Positions 1 to 15,747 of a DNA stretch of 64,000 nucleotides are shown one piece after another. How positions within the stretch are numbered: position 1 is the stretch's first letter; each line of letters starts with the position of its first letter. This stretch comes from the human T2T-CHM13v2.0 reference genome, Homo sapiens: assembly GCF_009914755.1 (NCBI RefSeq), contig NC_060937.1; one strand, given 5' to 3'. The notes below the pieces were generated by a model. The model did not search any database. It saw nothing but the letters and a program-made list of their open reading frames with translations, and had not been told where the DNA came from. A program made the position numbers and the translations under genes.

Positions 1-720
1 GTAGACGATGAGTTCAGTTGTGGGATGTGTTGAATTTCAGGTGGCTGTGGAATAGTCATAGGGAAGTTCATAAGAGAAAGTTGGAAATGTGGTTCTGGAG
101 CTCCTGAGAGGAGTCAGGGTTAGAGATGTATACCTCAAAGGGGGTACATTTAAAGATTAAGGATATATTGTCAAACAAAGACAAACTTGGATTTGACCTC
201 TGCCTTTAATACTATCTGTGTGGCCTTGAACAAATTATTTATCATCTCCAAGCCTTAATTTCCTTAATTGTAAATTTGGGAAAATTATACATCCTTCAAA
301 GGCTTTGCTTATTGCATACCATCTGGTTGCCATTTGTCACCATCACTGTCTACCAGAACCATCATTGCTAAAGCCATTAAAGTAGATGAACTTGGCTAGG
401 AATAGAGAGTAATTAAGTTTAAAAACATGAATGAATCTTAGGGAACAATTATTAAGGGATATATGACAGAAAAGCAAACCTGAAAGGAGCTTAAGAGTAT
501 TCAAAGGGGGACAGGCAAAAGACCAAGACAGCAAGACACTATGAAGGGTCAAGGGGAGAGAATTTCAAGGAGGGAATCATCAAAAATGTCAAATGCTACC
601 AAGAAGTCAAGAAGGATAAAGAAGAAAAGAAAAATATAGAACACTGAATATAGTGCTTTGAAGATTATCCTTGCTTAGTGGAACTACTACATATGTTAGG
701 CATAGAAGCCAGTTGCAAAT
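1..720 (+). mobile_element. L2 fragments with an embedded MIR (~180-310)
   Basis: L2-like text 'gatgagttcagtt...gttgaatttcaggtg'; MIR-like core 'ctgtgtggccttgaacaaattatttatcatctccaagccttaatttcc'. Confidence 0.6.
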
Positions 721-1197
721 GCAATAGGATTGAAAATGAACATTTCACCCAGACTCCAAGGAGATGTGTATCAGATACCAAAGTGAATTGTGAGACAGAT
801 CCTATTCCAGAAATGTCAAAGCAGATATAAACAGTTCTAGACCTTAGTCTTCTTACTCACTTTGAGGACATAAAAGGCTTAAGTTACTAGACAGAAAGCA
901 GATCTATGAGAAGGATTCTTTAAGAGAGAGCCTTGCTGTGAATTCCATCATTCCAAAAGAGGGGCGATGCTCTCCTTCACCTCAATAGGGGTTTCACTGG
1001 AAGATCGTAAGTGCTTGATCAGTGTCCTCTGTGGACAGAGGCAAATAACAGACTGGTATTTATGTGTTTGACTTTCACCCGAGAGCCTCTGGCAGAAAAC
1101 TGAAGGAGGCTTGGCTGTACTGGATGGCCTGTTGTTGGAGGTAAAGGTTGCATGAGTGTTCTGATGGATTTGAGGGCACAAGTTGGCGTGGAACTAA

Positions 1198-1683
<486 letters not shown>

Positions 1684-2758
1684 CCAGAAAGTTAGCTTTA
1701 AAATCACAGTTCTTGGCCGAGAGAGTTTGAAGCCACCCTATAACAGAATAGTCAAGGAAGGACTTTCCACCTCTCCTTTCTCATCATCCTGCCCCACCCA
1801 CCTCATCCCCATTCCAATCTTGGAGGGATCAAAACAGCGGGGAGGAGGGAGTGAGCAGGAGAGAAGTCATCAACCCTCCCCTTGTCCTGCAGAGTAGGGG
1901 ACTCACCACATGCTACATTGGGATCTAGCTAGGTGTGGAAATGGAACTCCCATTTTGAATGACTATTATGTAGGACTAGATATGATGATGGCAATTTTTA
2001 TCTAGAAGAGTCCACAGACTTTTTTACTATCTTAGGAGGGACCAGAAAAATCTTGGGATTGCTGAGGTGCCATCCAGTGCCAAGAAAGGAACTTCCAGCC
2101 TTACATAAACCTCAAAGGATGGGGGAAGACAATTTTTCTAAAAAAACTGATAAAACCCCATAATTCTTGTGTGTTCCATGTACCAGTTACCCAATGGTAT
2201 AACAAATGATCAGGTTGAAGAAGTGGAGGCTTCAAGGACAGTCATTATTTATTATTATTTTTTAGCAATTTGGCAGAGAAAGAAAGGCAATGTGGTTTGG
2301 TGAGATGACAGAGATGACTGGAGGCTCTTTTAGGATAGGAGGAACCTGGGCCTGGCTGTGGGCTGAAAGAAGAGAGACTATAGATAGGGTAAAACAAAAA
2401 ATCCACGAAACAGTAGGAACAGAACACTGACGAGGCAAGGTCACAAAGAGAAAGAGAAGACAAAGACAAGGGACTATCATTGATTTTTAGAAAAGAAAGG
2501 AGACTTCATTTTTTGGAAAGTTGAGGAAAACAGGAGAGAAGATGAGGAAAGATATACGTCATTTTGGTCTAGAAGGAAAAGAAATAACGGAGTTTACAGT
2601 GAGTGACTTTGACCATAGGGAAGGGGTAGGAGGGAAGCTCCCCTTAGAATGAGGGCAGTGGGTGGTATTTGTTACTCTGGAGACCAGAACTAGGAGGACT
2701 ATGTGCAAGCTGGGGAGACATTAATTTGGGCTCAATAACTTGTCAAAAATGAGCACTA

Positions 2759-3050
<292 letters not shown>

Positions 3051-3749
3051 GCCCTAGCGGACAGTGGAATTGGCCTTTTTCTAAATTTACACCCCATCAT
3101 CAACAAAGGGTTCCAGTTGGGGATGGAGAAGCAACTGTTGGATGCTGTGGAGAGGGTTTCTGCATCAAAGGGGAGGGGAAGCTGATGACCTCCAAGACCT
3201 TTAGTGTCCAGGATTCACCTATAATTCTATATTTTGTAGGGTTTTCCACATCAAAAATTCATGTCACTGTTACTGAATACAATAAAAAGGAAGGCCTGTG
3301 AGGACCGGAAGAGAAAATGTAAAGAAAAGATTGCAGATGTTATACAATGCCTTGATTTTCTAAGTAGAAAATTATCTATTTGTAGCGAAGGAACTAGCTG
3401 GAGCTTGAGTTAGAGTCTGTCTCCAAGGTGCAGTACTCTATATGTATCCATAGTTTGGCTGTTGATTAAATTGGAACTATCACTATGTTCCGGGACATTT
3501 CATATTTATGCATGAGCTAAAAGGTAGCTATGATCGGGAACGTCTCCAGAAACCCTTGTGGCCTTTCCACTGCTTGGAGGCAAATGGGAACTAGCTGACG
3601 AGAGCAAAGCACGTTAGCCAATGTGCCCTGTATTCGGAACACAAAACAGACAAAAGCTCCCAAACCCTCTATTTCAGACATCAGGCTGAATTCTACAAAT
3701 CAGTGCAATCGGGAATGATCATACCAGATTTTATATCCTTTTCTCATAA

Positions 3750-4106
<357 letters not shown>

Positions 4107-4385
4107 CTATACTGTTTCTTTAAAATAAAAACTGTATATTCCTAGAATTAACATCTATTGAAACGATAAAATATGCCAGCACCAACACATACCATCCATC
4201 TCAAAGAAATCTGCCCACAGATGCAATGTAAACAGGCCTTATAATCCAATTAAAATTTAGATTTACAAAGAGTTGTCTGTCTATTGCAAATCACTAGTCA
4301 TTTTACCACAGTATGTTTCGTAAGAGATAAAAGCCACTAGAATAATATGCAATATTTAATATTCTGGGTCAAAGTTCAGCACCTA

Positions 4386-4807
<422 letters not shown>

Positions 4808-5573
4808 TTATTGAATAAATGACTGCATGAGTGAAAGAATGGATGGATTTTGTTAGCAGTAGCTCAAAAACTAGTTTGTGAGGAGGTGTGGTCTTTGTCC
4901 TGACTGTGAGCATCTTCCAGTGTTTCCATTAACCTTCTGGTTTCCTAGCATCACCAGCCTCAGGACAAAGCAGCAGGGCCATCAGGTCTCTTTAACCCAA
5001 ATCAACATGGGCACGGAGAGAGGGAAGCATTTACCAAGGGCTGGGACTCCTGAACACTGTCACTTTTAGAAGTCTGATTGGTTCTTCTACAGGTGGTTTA
5101 GTTTAATCTTCTAGAGATTCCCTCCAGAGAAGAGTGGATATCTTCAAAGGAGCCTTAATTCCCTCTCACCTCCACCACAGCAACAAAAGTTAAGAGTGGA
5201 AGAAAGCAGTAGTAATCGCTTTCTGGTTCCAAAGAGCACCAAAAGCAGATCTTGATGTCATCTGCCTCCAATTAAGCCCCACAAATGAAGCTACATGGCT
5301 GAGTCCAGCTGCAATCCACTAGGAGGTATATTTCAGCTGAGGTGTCATTCCCCAGCATCGTTCACTGGGTAATAAGGAACACAGTTTCGAATGTGCTTTG
5401 ACATTTATTGTCTCATTTGAGGTCCGTTACAACTCAGGAAAAAAATGTGTTTCAGGGAATAGGAAGCAGGCTTGGAGATGTAGAGACCACACAGAAAGTA
5501 GGACATAGAGCCTGGATGAGACTGTGTCTTCTCAACACAATCCCACTATTCCAATACTGTTCCTACTATTCCA

Positions 5574-5654
5574 TTAGGTTGGTGCAAAAGTAATCACTTT
5601 TTTTTGCCATTACTTTTAATGGCAGAAGCCGTGATTACTTTTGCAGCAACCTAA
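5574..5654. mobile_element. MADE1 mariner MITE (miR-548 family-type hairpin)
   Basis: ttaggttggtgcaaaagtaat...attacttttgcagcaacctaa; ~80-bp palindrome followed by TA. Confidence 0.92.
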
Positions 5655-5957
5655 TAGGTTCTAGCCCTATTTTCTTATCACCCAGAATTAGGGAAAGTGA
5701 TCAGAACCCCATGGTGAATGGTACCTGATACAGCTTCTGTCTTATTTGGGACATGAGTCCCAGGAAAATGGTTAGAATAGAATATTTCTAGAAATATTTA
5801 CCAAGCAGATCTTGGGTACCCAACACCATGGTGATCCATAAGAGAAGCTGAGGAAATGTCCATTCTAGAATCACATACCCAGGAAGAACAACACTGGACT
5901 ACAGGCACGTCTGTCTGGTGCAGGGAGAAGCAGAACTGGTATTTCCTGGAGATCGGG

Positions 5958-6043
5958 CACTACACATGCACACACGTGCACAGGCACACACACACGTGCA
6001 CGGGCATACACACACGCACACACACACGCACACGCACGCTGCG
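5958..6043 (+). repeat. Imperfect (CA/CG)n purine-pyrimidine microsatellite
   Basis: acacatgcacacacgtgcacaggcacacacacacgtgcacggg...cacgcacgc. Confidence 0.85.
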
Positions 6044-6572
6044 TCTCAAAAGTCTTCCTGCAGTTTTGAGCTTTAATGACTTCAGAATTATAAACACAGC
6101 AAACATACAAAAATCTGAAAGCTTGTTTACATTTCTTCTACAGTTACTTAGTTTTATGAATATTAAATAACACATTTTTAAATTTTAATGTTTTGTTTCA
6201 GTTCATATTTACCATCTTCAATCAGAGGGGCAAAAACATTTTCCAGTATAAAAATATGATACCCCTACAATCCACACACAAATGACCCATATCACATAAC
6301 ATCTCATACTAAGCCTGCAGTCAAGTAAAAGTAAATTTCACACGTGCTGCTGTGAAAACGACATTGCTCCTAAGTAAGCTTGCAAGGCTGGCTTTTTTCT
6401 TTCTATCTTTCTTTCACACCCTAGAGCTCTTCTTTTTGTTTATATGAATTAAAGTTTATCTTGTTAGATACAATCCACCCTGTTAGAACCTTTTCGGATC
6501 CTCATTCTACCTTTGACCACATCAGCTCTCCTCCCTGATGGTTCGAATCCACACGGCTTTAATGTTTTCTAA

Positions 6573-6963
<391 letters not shown>

Positions 6964-7400
6964 TCACTCTCAGCAAACAAACACAATCCCTTCCTTCAGG
7001 GGCCTGATGGGACAATCCTAATAGAGATCTCCTCCGGCACATTTGACATCAGCCTATAAATCAGTACCTTTTGGACAGAGAAGATAAATCAATTAAAAAT
7101 ACAGCCACCTATACCATTTACTATATATTTTCATCTTAGTCCAAGGGACTTCAAGAGGGGCTCTGTCAAATGCACTGTTGAAATTCTCAGACTGTCTGAC
7201 AGCATTCCTCTGATCCATGAGGTGAGAAACCCTAAGTGTGAAGGGTCAGATGAGGGGCAGCCACAGCTCTGTTGTTGATGTATTCTACTAACAAATATAA
7301 TGCTATAACGGTAAGTATCTAAGGACAGATCCAAACAAATAAATAAACATTAGTTTACTTGTAATCCAAGTTCAAATAAAATTTGAACAGCTCCCACCAA

Positions 7401-7852
7401 TGTCTTTTTTAGGTTGAATTTTGTTCCCCAAAAAGATATGTTCCAGTCCGAATCCTGGTACCTTTGAATGAATCTTATTTGGAGATAGAGTCTTTGTAGA
7501 TGTCACCAAACTAAGATGAGGTCATACTGAATGTGAGTGGGTCCTAATCCAATAACTGGTGTCCTTATGAGAAGAGGGAAATTCTACTGACATACAGGGG
7601 AGAAGGTTACATGAAGATGGAGGTGGAGATTGGAGTGATGATGCTGCCACAAGCCAAGGATTGCTGGCAGCCATCAGAAACTTGGAAGAGATGAGGACGG
7701 ATTCTTCCCTAGAGCCTTCAGAGGGAGCACAGCCCTGCCAGTACCTTGATTTTGGACTTCTTGCCTTCAGAACTGTGAGCCAACACATTTCTGTTGTTTT
7801 AAGTCACCCAGTTTGTGGTACTTTGTTATAGCAGCCCTAGGAAATTCATTCA
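7401..7852 (+). mobile_element. MLT1-type MaLR solo LTR
   Basis: 'gttgaattttgttccccaaaaagatatgtt...taagatgaggtcatac...ctttgttatagcagccctaggaaa'. Confidence 0.85.
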
Positions 7853-9298
7853 GCATCTAAGCAAAACAATAGACATTGAAGGTAACGCCTATTAACATCA
7901 GAATCAAGAGCAGTTAGGAACTAGTTGATAAAAAAACAGAATAATCTGAGAAAAGATGAAAGAGAGGATGACAGGTATCTGGACTCCCGAGCACGCAGCA
8001 GGCCTGGCCAAGGTGAGGCTCCGGATGGCAGTGGAATGAATGGGTGAAGGAACAAGCCAAGCAGAGTGGGGGTACTGGCTTTGAGGCCAGCAGGTTGGAC
8101 AAGAATTGATATCCAGCATCAGGCTCATCCCCAAGGAGTTCACTGTCCCTCCCAAGCATGGGGTGATCCTTTCTCAACAAAACCCTATCACTTTTAAATG
8201 GCTACGGATTACAAATTCGTCCATTTGTCATCAACATAGAAGCAAAACCATGTTGAGCTTCCTGTCTCCAATGTGACATTTTCCCTGCCTCTGTTTCATC
8301 ATTCTAAATTAGACAGCAAGGGAAGGATCTGCTGGCCTCTCTGCTTGTCTCTATCTATAGTGCACTAGCCACCATCTCCAAGGTGCTAAGATTCTACTGA
8401 CTGATGACGATATCGCTAAAATGGTTACATTCTGAACTAGAACAAGGAAGGTGTTATTTTCCGAATGTGCAAACTTAGGGGAGGAAGGAGTCTCCCTGGC
8501 AGTTTCCGATATTAATCTGGCTCCAATGTGGCCCCATGAAATACTCATCTACAATGGCAAATCTTCTCCAAGGATGGACCTTAAGAGACATCCTTAGGAG
8601 ATTTCCTAGCAGTAATTAGAGGGATGTATTATTGCTAAATCCTGAACTCACTGGGAGCCAGGTTAATTTGGAAAGTTAAAATAAAAGTGCCGCCTTGTGG
8701 CAAAAGGCCACTTCTTGGCACCTTAAATGAAGCACAGCCCTGCGCAGGGCAAGAGTAGTAATTCTGAAGATGTCTGTACCCACCGCTGACACCCCTTTAA
8801 GGAAGCTACTATGGAAAAGGCCAAATGAAGCATCGATGTGCAAATACCACTTAGCAAGTACAGATAAGCTGGGCTAAATCATGCTCGGAGCACTTAAAAA
8901 AAGATTCAAATGTTAATACATTAGCGCTAGAACATGCTGTACAAGCAACAGGAAAATTGCAGTTGTCAATGTGTGAATTTAGTCTTGGGGTAAGTTCATC
9001 CAAGGAAGTAAAATCTCAATTTAGATCGTTTTTCTATTTGAGCCCCTTTCCTTCCATATCCATGTGTTTCTTTTGGAATGGGGGAGGACATCGTTACTCA
9101 GCAAATGTATTTCACACCAAGAAAGGGTTAGGGTATTATTCATCCAGGGAAGGGATGTGAAGTTCTCAGCTAAGTAGTTTGAAGTGGTCCTTCAGAAGGC
9201 CAAACCACAAAAGATGGAGAAGGTGTCCTGGGGTGTGTGTGTGTGTGTTTGCATGTGAGCCCTTGTGTGCATATCTCCGTATATAATCTGTGTGCATT

Positions 9299-9610
9299 CT
9301 TTTTTATTCTTTTATTTATTTATTTATTTGAGACAGAGTTTTGCTCTTGTTACCCAGGCTGGAGTGCAATGGTGCGATCTCGGTTCACCGCAACCTCCGC
9401 CTCCCAGGCTCAACCATTCTCCTGCCTAAGCCTCCTGAGTAGCTGGGATTACAGGCATGCACCACCATGCCTGGCTAATTTTGTATTTTTAGTAGAGACG
9501 GGGTTTCTCCATGTTGGTCAGGCTGGTCTCGAACTCCCAACCTCAGGTGATCTGCCCGCCTTGGCCTCCCAAAGTCCTGGGTTTACAGGCGTGAGCCACT
9601 GCACCCAGCC
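9299..9610 (-). mobile_element. AluSp-like SINE
   Basis: 'gctcttgttacccaggctggagtgcaatgg', 'tttctccatgttggtcagg'; TSD remnant tgtg(t/g)gcatt. Confidence 0.92.
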
Positions 9611-10432
9611 TGTGGGCATTGAGAAATAATTCTAAGGGGGAAATAGCAAGAGGAAAGGGGCAGTGCACCTACTCTATTATGGAATTTCTGGCATTTTCCT
9701 GTTGTACTTCTCAGAAAGTCTACCTGCTGGTCATAGCAGGTGCACAGGAGTAGCTGCGGCATCCTGGGTGGAGAGCGCATTGGCTGTTGCGGAGGGGAAG
9801 CCCAGCTGTGTGAGCTCACCCAGCCTGGCCAGCAGGGAGAAGGGGCCCCAAGTCCATCTGGGGCCTAGATAGAGACCCCAGAGTTTGGAAGCTGTGGCCA
9901 ACTCTGCTTGCTGGTTTGAAAAAGACATGTATTCCAGGTCGAGTTTGACAGGCTGTTTTCTATATCAAAGCAACAAACAGACTTTCATTTCAGAATGCAT
10001 CTGGTCTGCCAAACCATTCTATCACAAGCAGCTATTTTCTTTAAATGGAAAGTTAGGGCAGTTTATTTTTCTCAAAACCGTGCTGTCAACTCTTCTGTCT
10101 GACTCTTGACTTTCACCTGTTCTACACAATGGCAAAGCTGTTCTTAAAATGGTGGCGTGGGGGGGACCTTCCCTGAGGACACTATACTTGTGATATATTT
10201 ACAAAAATCTGTGCCTCAAAGGGCACGTAGGTCAGAAATAAAGATGGAATGTATTTGAGTCAACTTATTTAGAGAAAAAGGGATGCCAAACCACTTGTCT
10301 AGTTATGGTCCTTGAACCAAAATAAATCTCTTCACATGACACATCTATTTATATTCTTATTGGGCATCTGAAGTTTTCATGAGAAAGGGGCAATTTTAAA
10401 ACTTCTTATCCCTCCCTACACACTCTAAGTCA

Positions 10433-10714
10433 TTTTTTTGGGGGACAGGGTCTTGCTCTATCGCCCAGACCAAGTACAGTGGCACAATCAGGGCTCACTG
10501 CACCCTTGACTTCCCTGGGCTTAGATGATCTGTCTATCTCAGCCTCCTGAACAGCTAGGACTGCAGGCGTGCACCACCATGCCCAGCTAATTTTTGTAGA
10601 AACAGGGTTTCGCCATGTTGCCCAGGCTAGTCTCAAACTCCTAAGCTCAAATGGTCTGCCCACCTTGGCCTCCCAAAGTGCTGGGGTTACAGGTGTGAGC
10701 CACCATGCCCATCC
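10433..10714 (-). mobile_element. AluJ-type SINE
   Basis: J-type body; TSD tctaagtcattttt on both sides. Confidence 0.9.
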
Positions 10715-11768
10715 TCTAAGTCATTTTTAAATGAAAGAATTGTAGTTCCTAAATGCATACAACTGATAATATGTATATATGTGTATAATATAGATGCTAT
10801 GCATTAACACACATCTGCAGTGTTGGAGTGAGACCACTCCTGTGTAGAACAGGTGAAAGTCAAGTCAAGTCAAGTGACCACATCACTTTTCCCATTATTG
10901 TTAATGCTCAAGTGTTGCTCAGCCACTATTTCAAAAGCTCACTGATTTGTTTTTCTGCATTCATCTAAGCAAAAAATTCATTATCATTTCAAAAAGCATT
11001 TCCAACTACGCAGAATTTGGGTTGTCAGTAAATATGCAATACTCCCATAATTAAATTAGAGTAACATTATCAAAGAAGGGCTACAATAATCTTTGTTTGG
11101 TAGAATAATCTTACCTGTGATAGTGCTAAGATTCTCAGATGATTAATAGTATCAAAAATATCATTCTTAAAGCCACAACATTTCACATTCATTTCCTAAG
11201 ACATGTATTTCCCTCTTTATAACCATCCCCTCTTTATCTATTACAGAGTAGCACATTTAGTTTGTTAATGGAAGGAAGCTAACTTCTCTTTTCTGATACC
11301 TCACAGATGCTAATGCCACATGAATTCTACAGTATTTAAAGGAAAAAGGGAAAGCAAACCACTTGCCTGGTTAGGAATTAAAGGAAGCCACCTGAAAGCT
11401 GAGCCTAGAAACATCCTAAATTATTTTATGATGACAAATCCCTCAGCTAAAAACCGTGAAAAAAAAATTAAAAATGTAGAATTCCACACCATCATTTTCT
11501 ACATAACATCAATTTAATTATTAAGTGGTTATAAATTAGACATTAGTTACTTATTCTTCTAAATGATTTAACTTTTCCAATTCTCATTTCATCTGTTTTC
11601 CATATTTAAAAAAAAAATCAAAGAAATCCAAGATATGGAAAAGACACGCTGGGTGAGGATCTGAAACTGATTTGGTAGCTTTGGAGTTGACATAATCTTG
11701 GCCTGGTGCAGCTCATTTTCGAAAGCTGCCTCAAATTTCCCCTGGTTTTGAACTTTTTTTTTCCTTAC

Positions 11769-11868
11769 CACTTTCATCTAGCAAGAAATCATCCTGGTAA
11801 CGGAACTTCTCCGGTCCACATGCAATAAAAATGTCATCATCACCAAAAAAGTCCTGAAGGCACATCAC
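11769..11868 (-). CDS. DCLK1: Internal coding exon of doublecortin-like kinase 1 (probably exon 4 of the long isoform), C-terminal part of DCX domain 2
   Basis: Minus strand reads tttctcttgtag|GTGATGTGCCTTCAGGAC...CTAGATGAAAGTG|gtaagg: canonical AG/GT sites, 100 nt, phase 0 start and phase 1 end. Translation [33 protein letters not shown] matches the DCLK1 sequence as I recall it (DCX has [24 protein letters not shown]). Confidence 0.97.
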
Positions 11869-14800
11869 CTACAAGAGAAAAGCATGGCACTCAGCAAGGG
11901 TGGTAGAACAGCAATTACAACAATGCAACCCCACGAGCAGACATCTGCATAAAGCCCCTTCCCACCTAATGGAATCAACAGGGCAGCTTCCACAGAGGAA
12001 TTTCAAAAGAGGGGTTCGAGCATCTGTTACTAGTAAGAAACATGTTCCATTTCAGTTCTGCAGGAAAACAGGATAAGGAAAATAGAACCAGTAACTGTCA
12101 CATTTATTACTTGATATATCAACAGGCTCTGAGGTAAGAGCCCTTTGTTTCCATAATAGAGGAGGTGCAGTGCCCCTTTCCTCTTCGGAATGTAATACTC
12201 TTTGATAGCAACACAAGTCAGCATATGGTTTTAACAACAAATATGTTTAGTAATTGATGCCGTCATATACACACGATAATCACCAAAGAAAAATACTTCT
12301 CTCATGATATGAACATCACCTCCTTTAAACCCATTCTACCTCTAGTTGAAAGAAAAATGAAACTCTTTTAAAAATAATAATAAATAAATTAAGCTATTGC
12401 TTAGGCTTAGAGAGATTATGGTAAGTGTATGCCCACCACCCAAGCTCTGCCAAACTCTAAAACTCCCAGGCCACCCAACTTCTTCTTGCCATGCAAAAGG
12501 CAAGTTTTAAGGCAACCTTTTGATATTTACTCGACTTACTCTCCAATGAGAACTTTAAGAAAGCTAAATGTCATTTTTGCAAGTAAATGTGATCAAAATG
12601 AATAATTTTCAAGCATCTTGCTCTCTGTCTTTGGATAGACTATGTAATATTTTGTTCACATTATGTGTAATACCAACACTAGGAACACTGCTGATTTTTA
12701 ACTATTTTCAATTTCCTTTGACCACTTGGACGAATCATAAGATGGCCAGTTGCAGGCACCCATTCAGAGCTGTATGAAATAGATGTTGTAATAGCATTTT
12801 CTCCTGGATATTTGAGGACCAGAGACAAGCCTCTCTGGAGTGCTCGATTGTTTGGCCCTGTGTTTGTAATGCGCTCCTCTCTGACTTGTCTGCAGTTTCC
12901 TCTGTGGGCACCTCTGGAGTTCTGCTTTTTTGTTAGTCCCTGGGAATGCTACTCGGACACATTACATGTGCTGTAAGACATGGAATAGTAAGTTGAGAGA
13001 ACGCAGCATTATTTAGAGTCCCCAAATGCAATGATGTGTGGGCTTTAGACTGTCTTTCCAAATAATGTCTCATTTCTAAATAATCACTTGGCCGAAGTTT
13101 TTAAAATGGAATTTCTATAAGAGTTTGATAATCAACATTAAGCACGAATGAGGTACTATCCACGGTTGTCAGTGTTTAGTCTGCCCATGAAAGCTTAAAA
13201 ACACAGGGGATTTAAGAGGGAGGCTGTAATCACTGAGGAAGATAAACTGAAGGGCTTCAAGAGAGATGTCAGAAGCTCTGATATTCTACTTGGTTTAAAA
13301 GCAGACCATTTGAATTCAGAACCCACCCTCCATTTCACTCCTCTCTCTGACTCCAACCCAATCCTGTTCATCTTTACCTTCATGACACCATAGCTTCTTC
13401 TAGCATCATCTCAATCAACCCCCTATGGCCATTTTCATTTTACATTTCATTTACAGAAAGTATTTACTGAATGCCTACCACGCTCCAATCAGCATCTGGC
13501 AGAAATGAAGAAGTCATGATCTCCACCCAAATGTGAACAATTAACCCAAAAGAGGAGTATCTCCTAAAGTGTGGATGATTAATACGTTTTGTGCAAAAGA
13601 GAGTTCTAAAGCCAAACAGATTTGGAAAATATTTGTTTCCAAATTCTCAAAACCCTTAATGTTCTAATGTACACCATGATGTCAAAGAAGAGATAGAAAA
13701 ATCCAGTATTTCCCAAACTTATTTGATTCCAGAACTTTTTTCTCACACAGCATCATGCAGACAGATACTGTTCCTCAGAGTGCCCTTTGGAAGTGGGCTG
13801 ACAGCCATAGGTGAAAAGATCTCTGGGAGCACAGGAAAGACAGAACAGTTATCCACTCTGCTCCTAGGCGGCCATGCTTCTGCAGCTGATAAATATTTCA
13901 CTGCCAACTAATTTACTCACTCAGACATTTATGATGGGCCTACTCTACATCAAACATTCTGATGATGTATCTCCGATAGATGAAAAATATTGATTTTTAA
14001 AGGAAACACATTCCCACTCCCACCATTTGCATTTGAGAACATCTGATTGCTAACCACATCCTACTCATCGGTGTGTGCATATTTCACGCCACTTCTATGT
14101 GGAAAAATAACCATCATCAAAACTACAACAGGTTTTAAGCAGGTTGCTAGCCAATGCTCTTCCATCAGTTTACTGATGACCATTCTCCAAGTCTGAGACT
14201 TAAAGAACAGAACAAACAATGATCCATCTTGGGCAGTTTTTTTTTTTTTTTGGCAAGCGGGAAATGAAACGTGATGAAATTTTGATGTTCTTTCCAACAC
14301 TGAGACTCCAAGAATATAAAAGGAATGCAATGATTGTTAGAGAAAAGTAACTGTCATCACCCAGCACAAAAAGGCAGGGGCAAGTCACCTCAGTGCCAAG
14401 CAACATGCATTCATTTACCTCTCACTTTTCAGTGATTGAAATGAGAGAATTTGTTGAACTAACAGAAACTCTGATGTTTTCCGTGCTTTCTGTTCGAAAT
14501 CATGTAACCACTTTCCTGCTCACAACTTCCCATTGGAAAAGGTAGGTATGGTCAGTAGATCACATTCAACTTTATAAAACCGCTCCTTGCTAGAAGTCTT
14601 CTTAAAGAGTTGATAGCAAAGGAGACTTAAACACAAGGTTATAATAAAGATGAATTTAGGATAATCTGTGCACTTCAATGCACTTCAATTATCCACGCGC
14701 TCATGCATTATCATTGATACAGAGGTAGCTGTAATGTATTCCAACTAACAAGAAAGAATAACAGAGGGAGATTTATAACCCTCTTCTTTAGACAAATGTA

Positions 14801-15643
14801 CATTGAGAATTTTCCTTGAGGCATTACTGTACATTCTGATATTAAGGAATTATAAAAAGGTGGAGGAATTGAAAACCAGTGTTTCGCACAATAATCTGAT
14901 TTTATTTATCTATGCAGTGTTACTCCTTTTGAAACCTGGTGTCCTAAAGATTCAGTGTAGTTACCAGTTTTTTAAAAGATTCGTTTTATGGATGAAAAAC
15001 ATGCTTCTTGTTACAAAGGGATAGTGACAATTGGCCTCTCTGCCATGAATTCATTGCTCAGTAGGTGTCAGATGTTAGAAGCATTCATCATGATTAGATA
15101 CAGGGCAGACGCAAAGGCAGAAGTATCAAGTTTGAGAAAAGAGAGATGTCCAACCTGTGGAGAAGCACCTTTCCAAGCTTTTCTGTTCCACCTCCATGCT
15201 CCTGTACCTCCCAGGAGAGTTGATGTTGTCAGAGCCTGCTCTTCTCTGTGGTTTCACTACGGTCAGAGATTCTGCCCCTGCAATAACTTTCAAACCCAGG
15301 CCTTTCTCCCACCCTCCTCTCCTTTACTCCCAGCACCAAGTCAGTCCAGGGCTCGTCCTCCTGCTTGTGGACCCTGGCATTTTACTCTAGTGGATTTTCT
15401 CAGCCCTACCGCCTTTCTGTTTAATCCATCCTGTTTAATTCTGTCAGTCTACTCTTCCTTCACAAATTTTCAATATCTCTCTCCATGGCTCAGAAAGCCA
15501 TCCATGGCTTACTATCCTCAAGTTAAAGTTCATCTTTCTGAGCTTGGCATTCCAGATGCCTCAAAATCTGACCCCAACCTACCTTTCAAGCTTCCGGTTT
15601 TTTTAGTTGGGACATGGTGCCTGATACTTAAATAAGCATTTGT

Positions 15644-15747
15644 TGGATGGATGGACGATGGATGGATTAATGGATGGATGCATGGATGGATGGATGGATG
15701 GATGGATGGATGGATGGATGGATGATATGGATAGATGGACGGATGGA
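15644..15747 (+). repeat. (GGAT)n tetranucleotide microsatellite at the end of an L2-like fragment
   Basis: tggatggatggacgatggatgg... about 25 imperfect units. Confidence 0.9.

Noticed and set aside
11105-11160. Minus strand cacag|gtaaga as a recursive site or cryptic donor
   Set aside because: Weak pyrimidine tract with intervening AGs; no matching acceptor identified.
11589-11777. 62-aa ORF overlapping the exon donor
   Set aside because: Out of frame with DCLK1 and intronic. In-frame read-through of the donor stops after about 12 codons.
14988-15635. 215-aa plus-strand ORF
   Set aside because: No recognisable domain, partly L2-like, antisense to DCLK1; consistent with chance.
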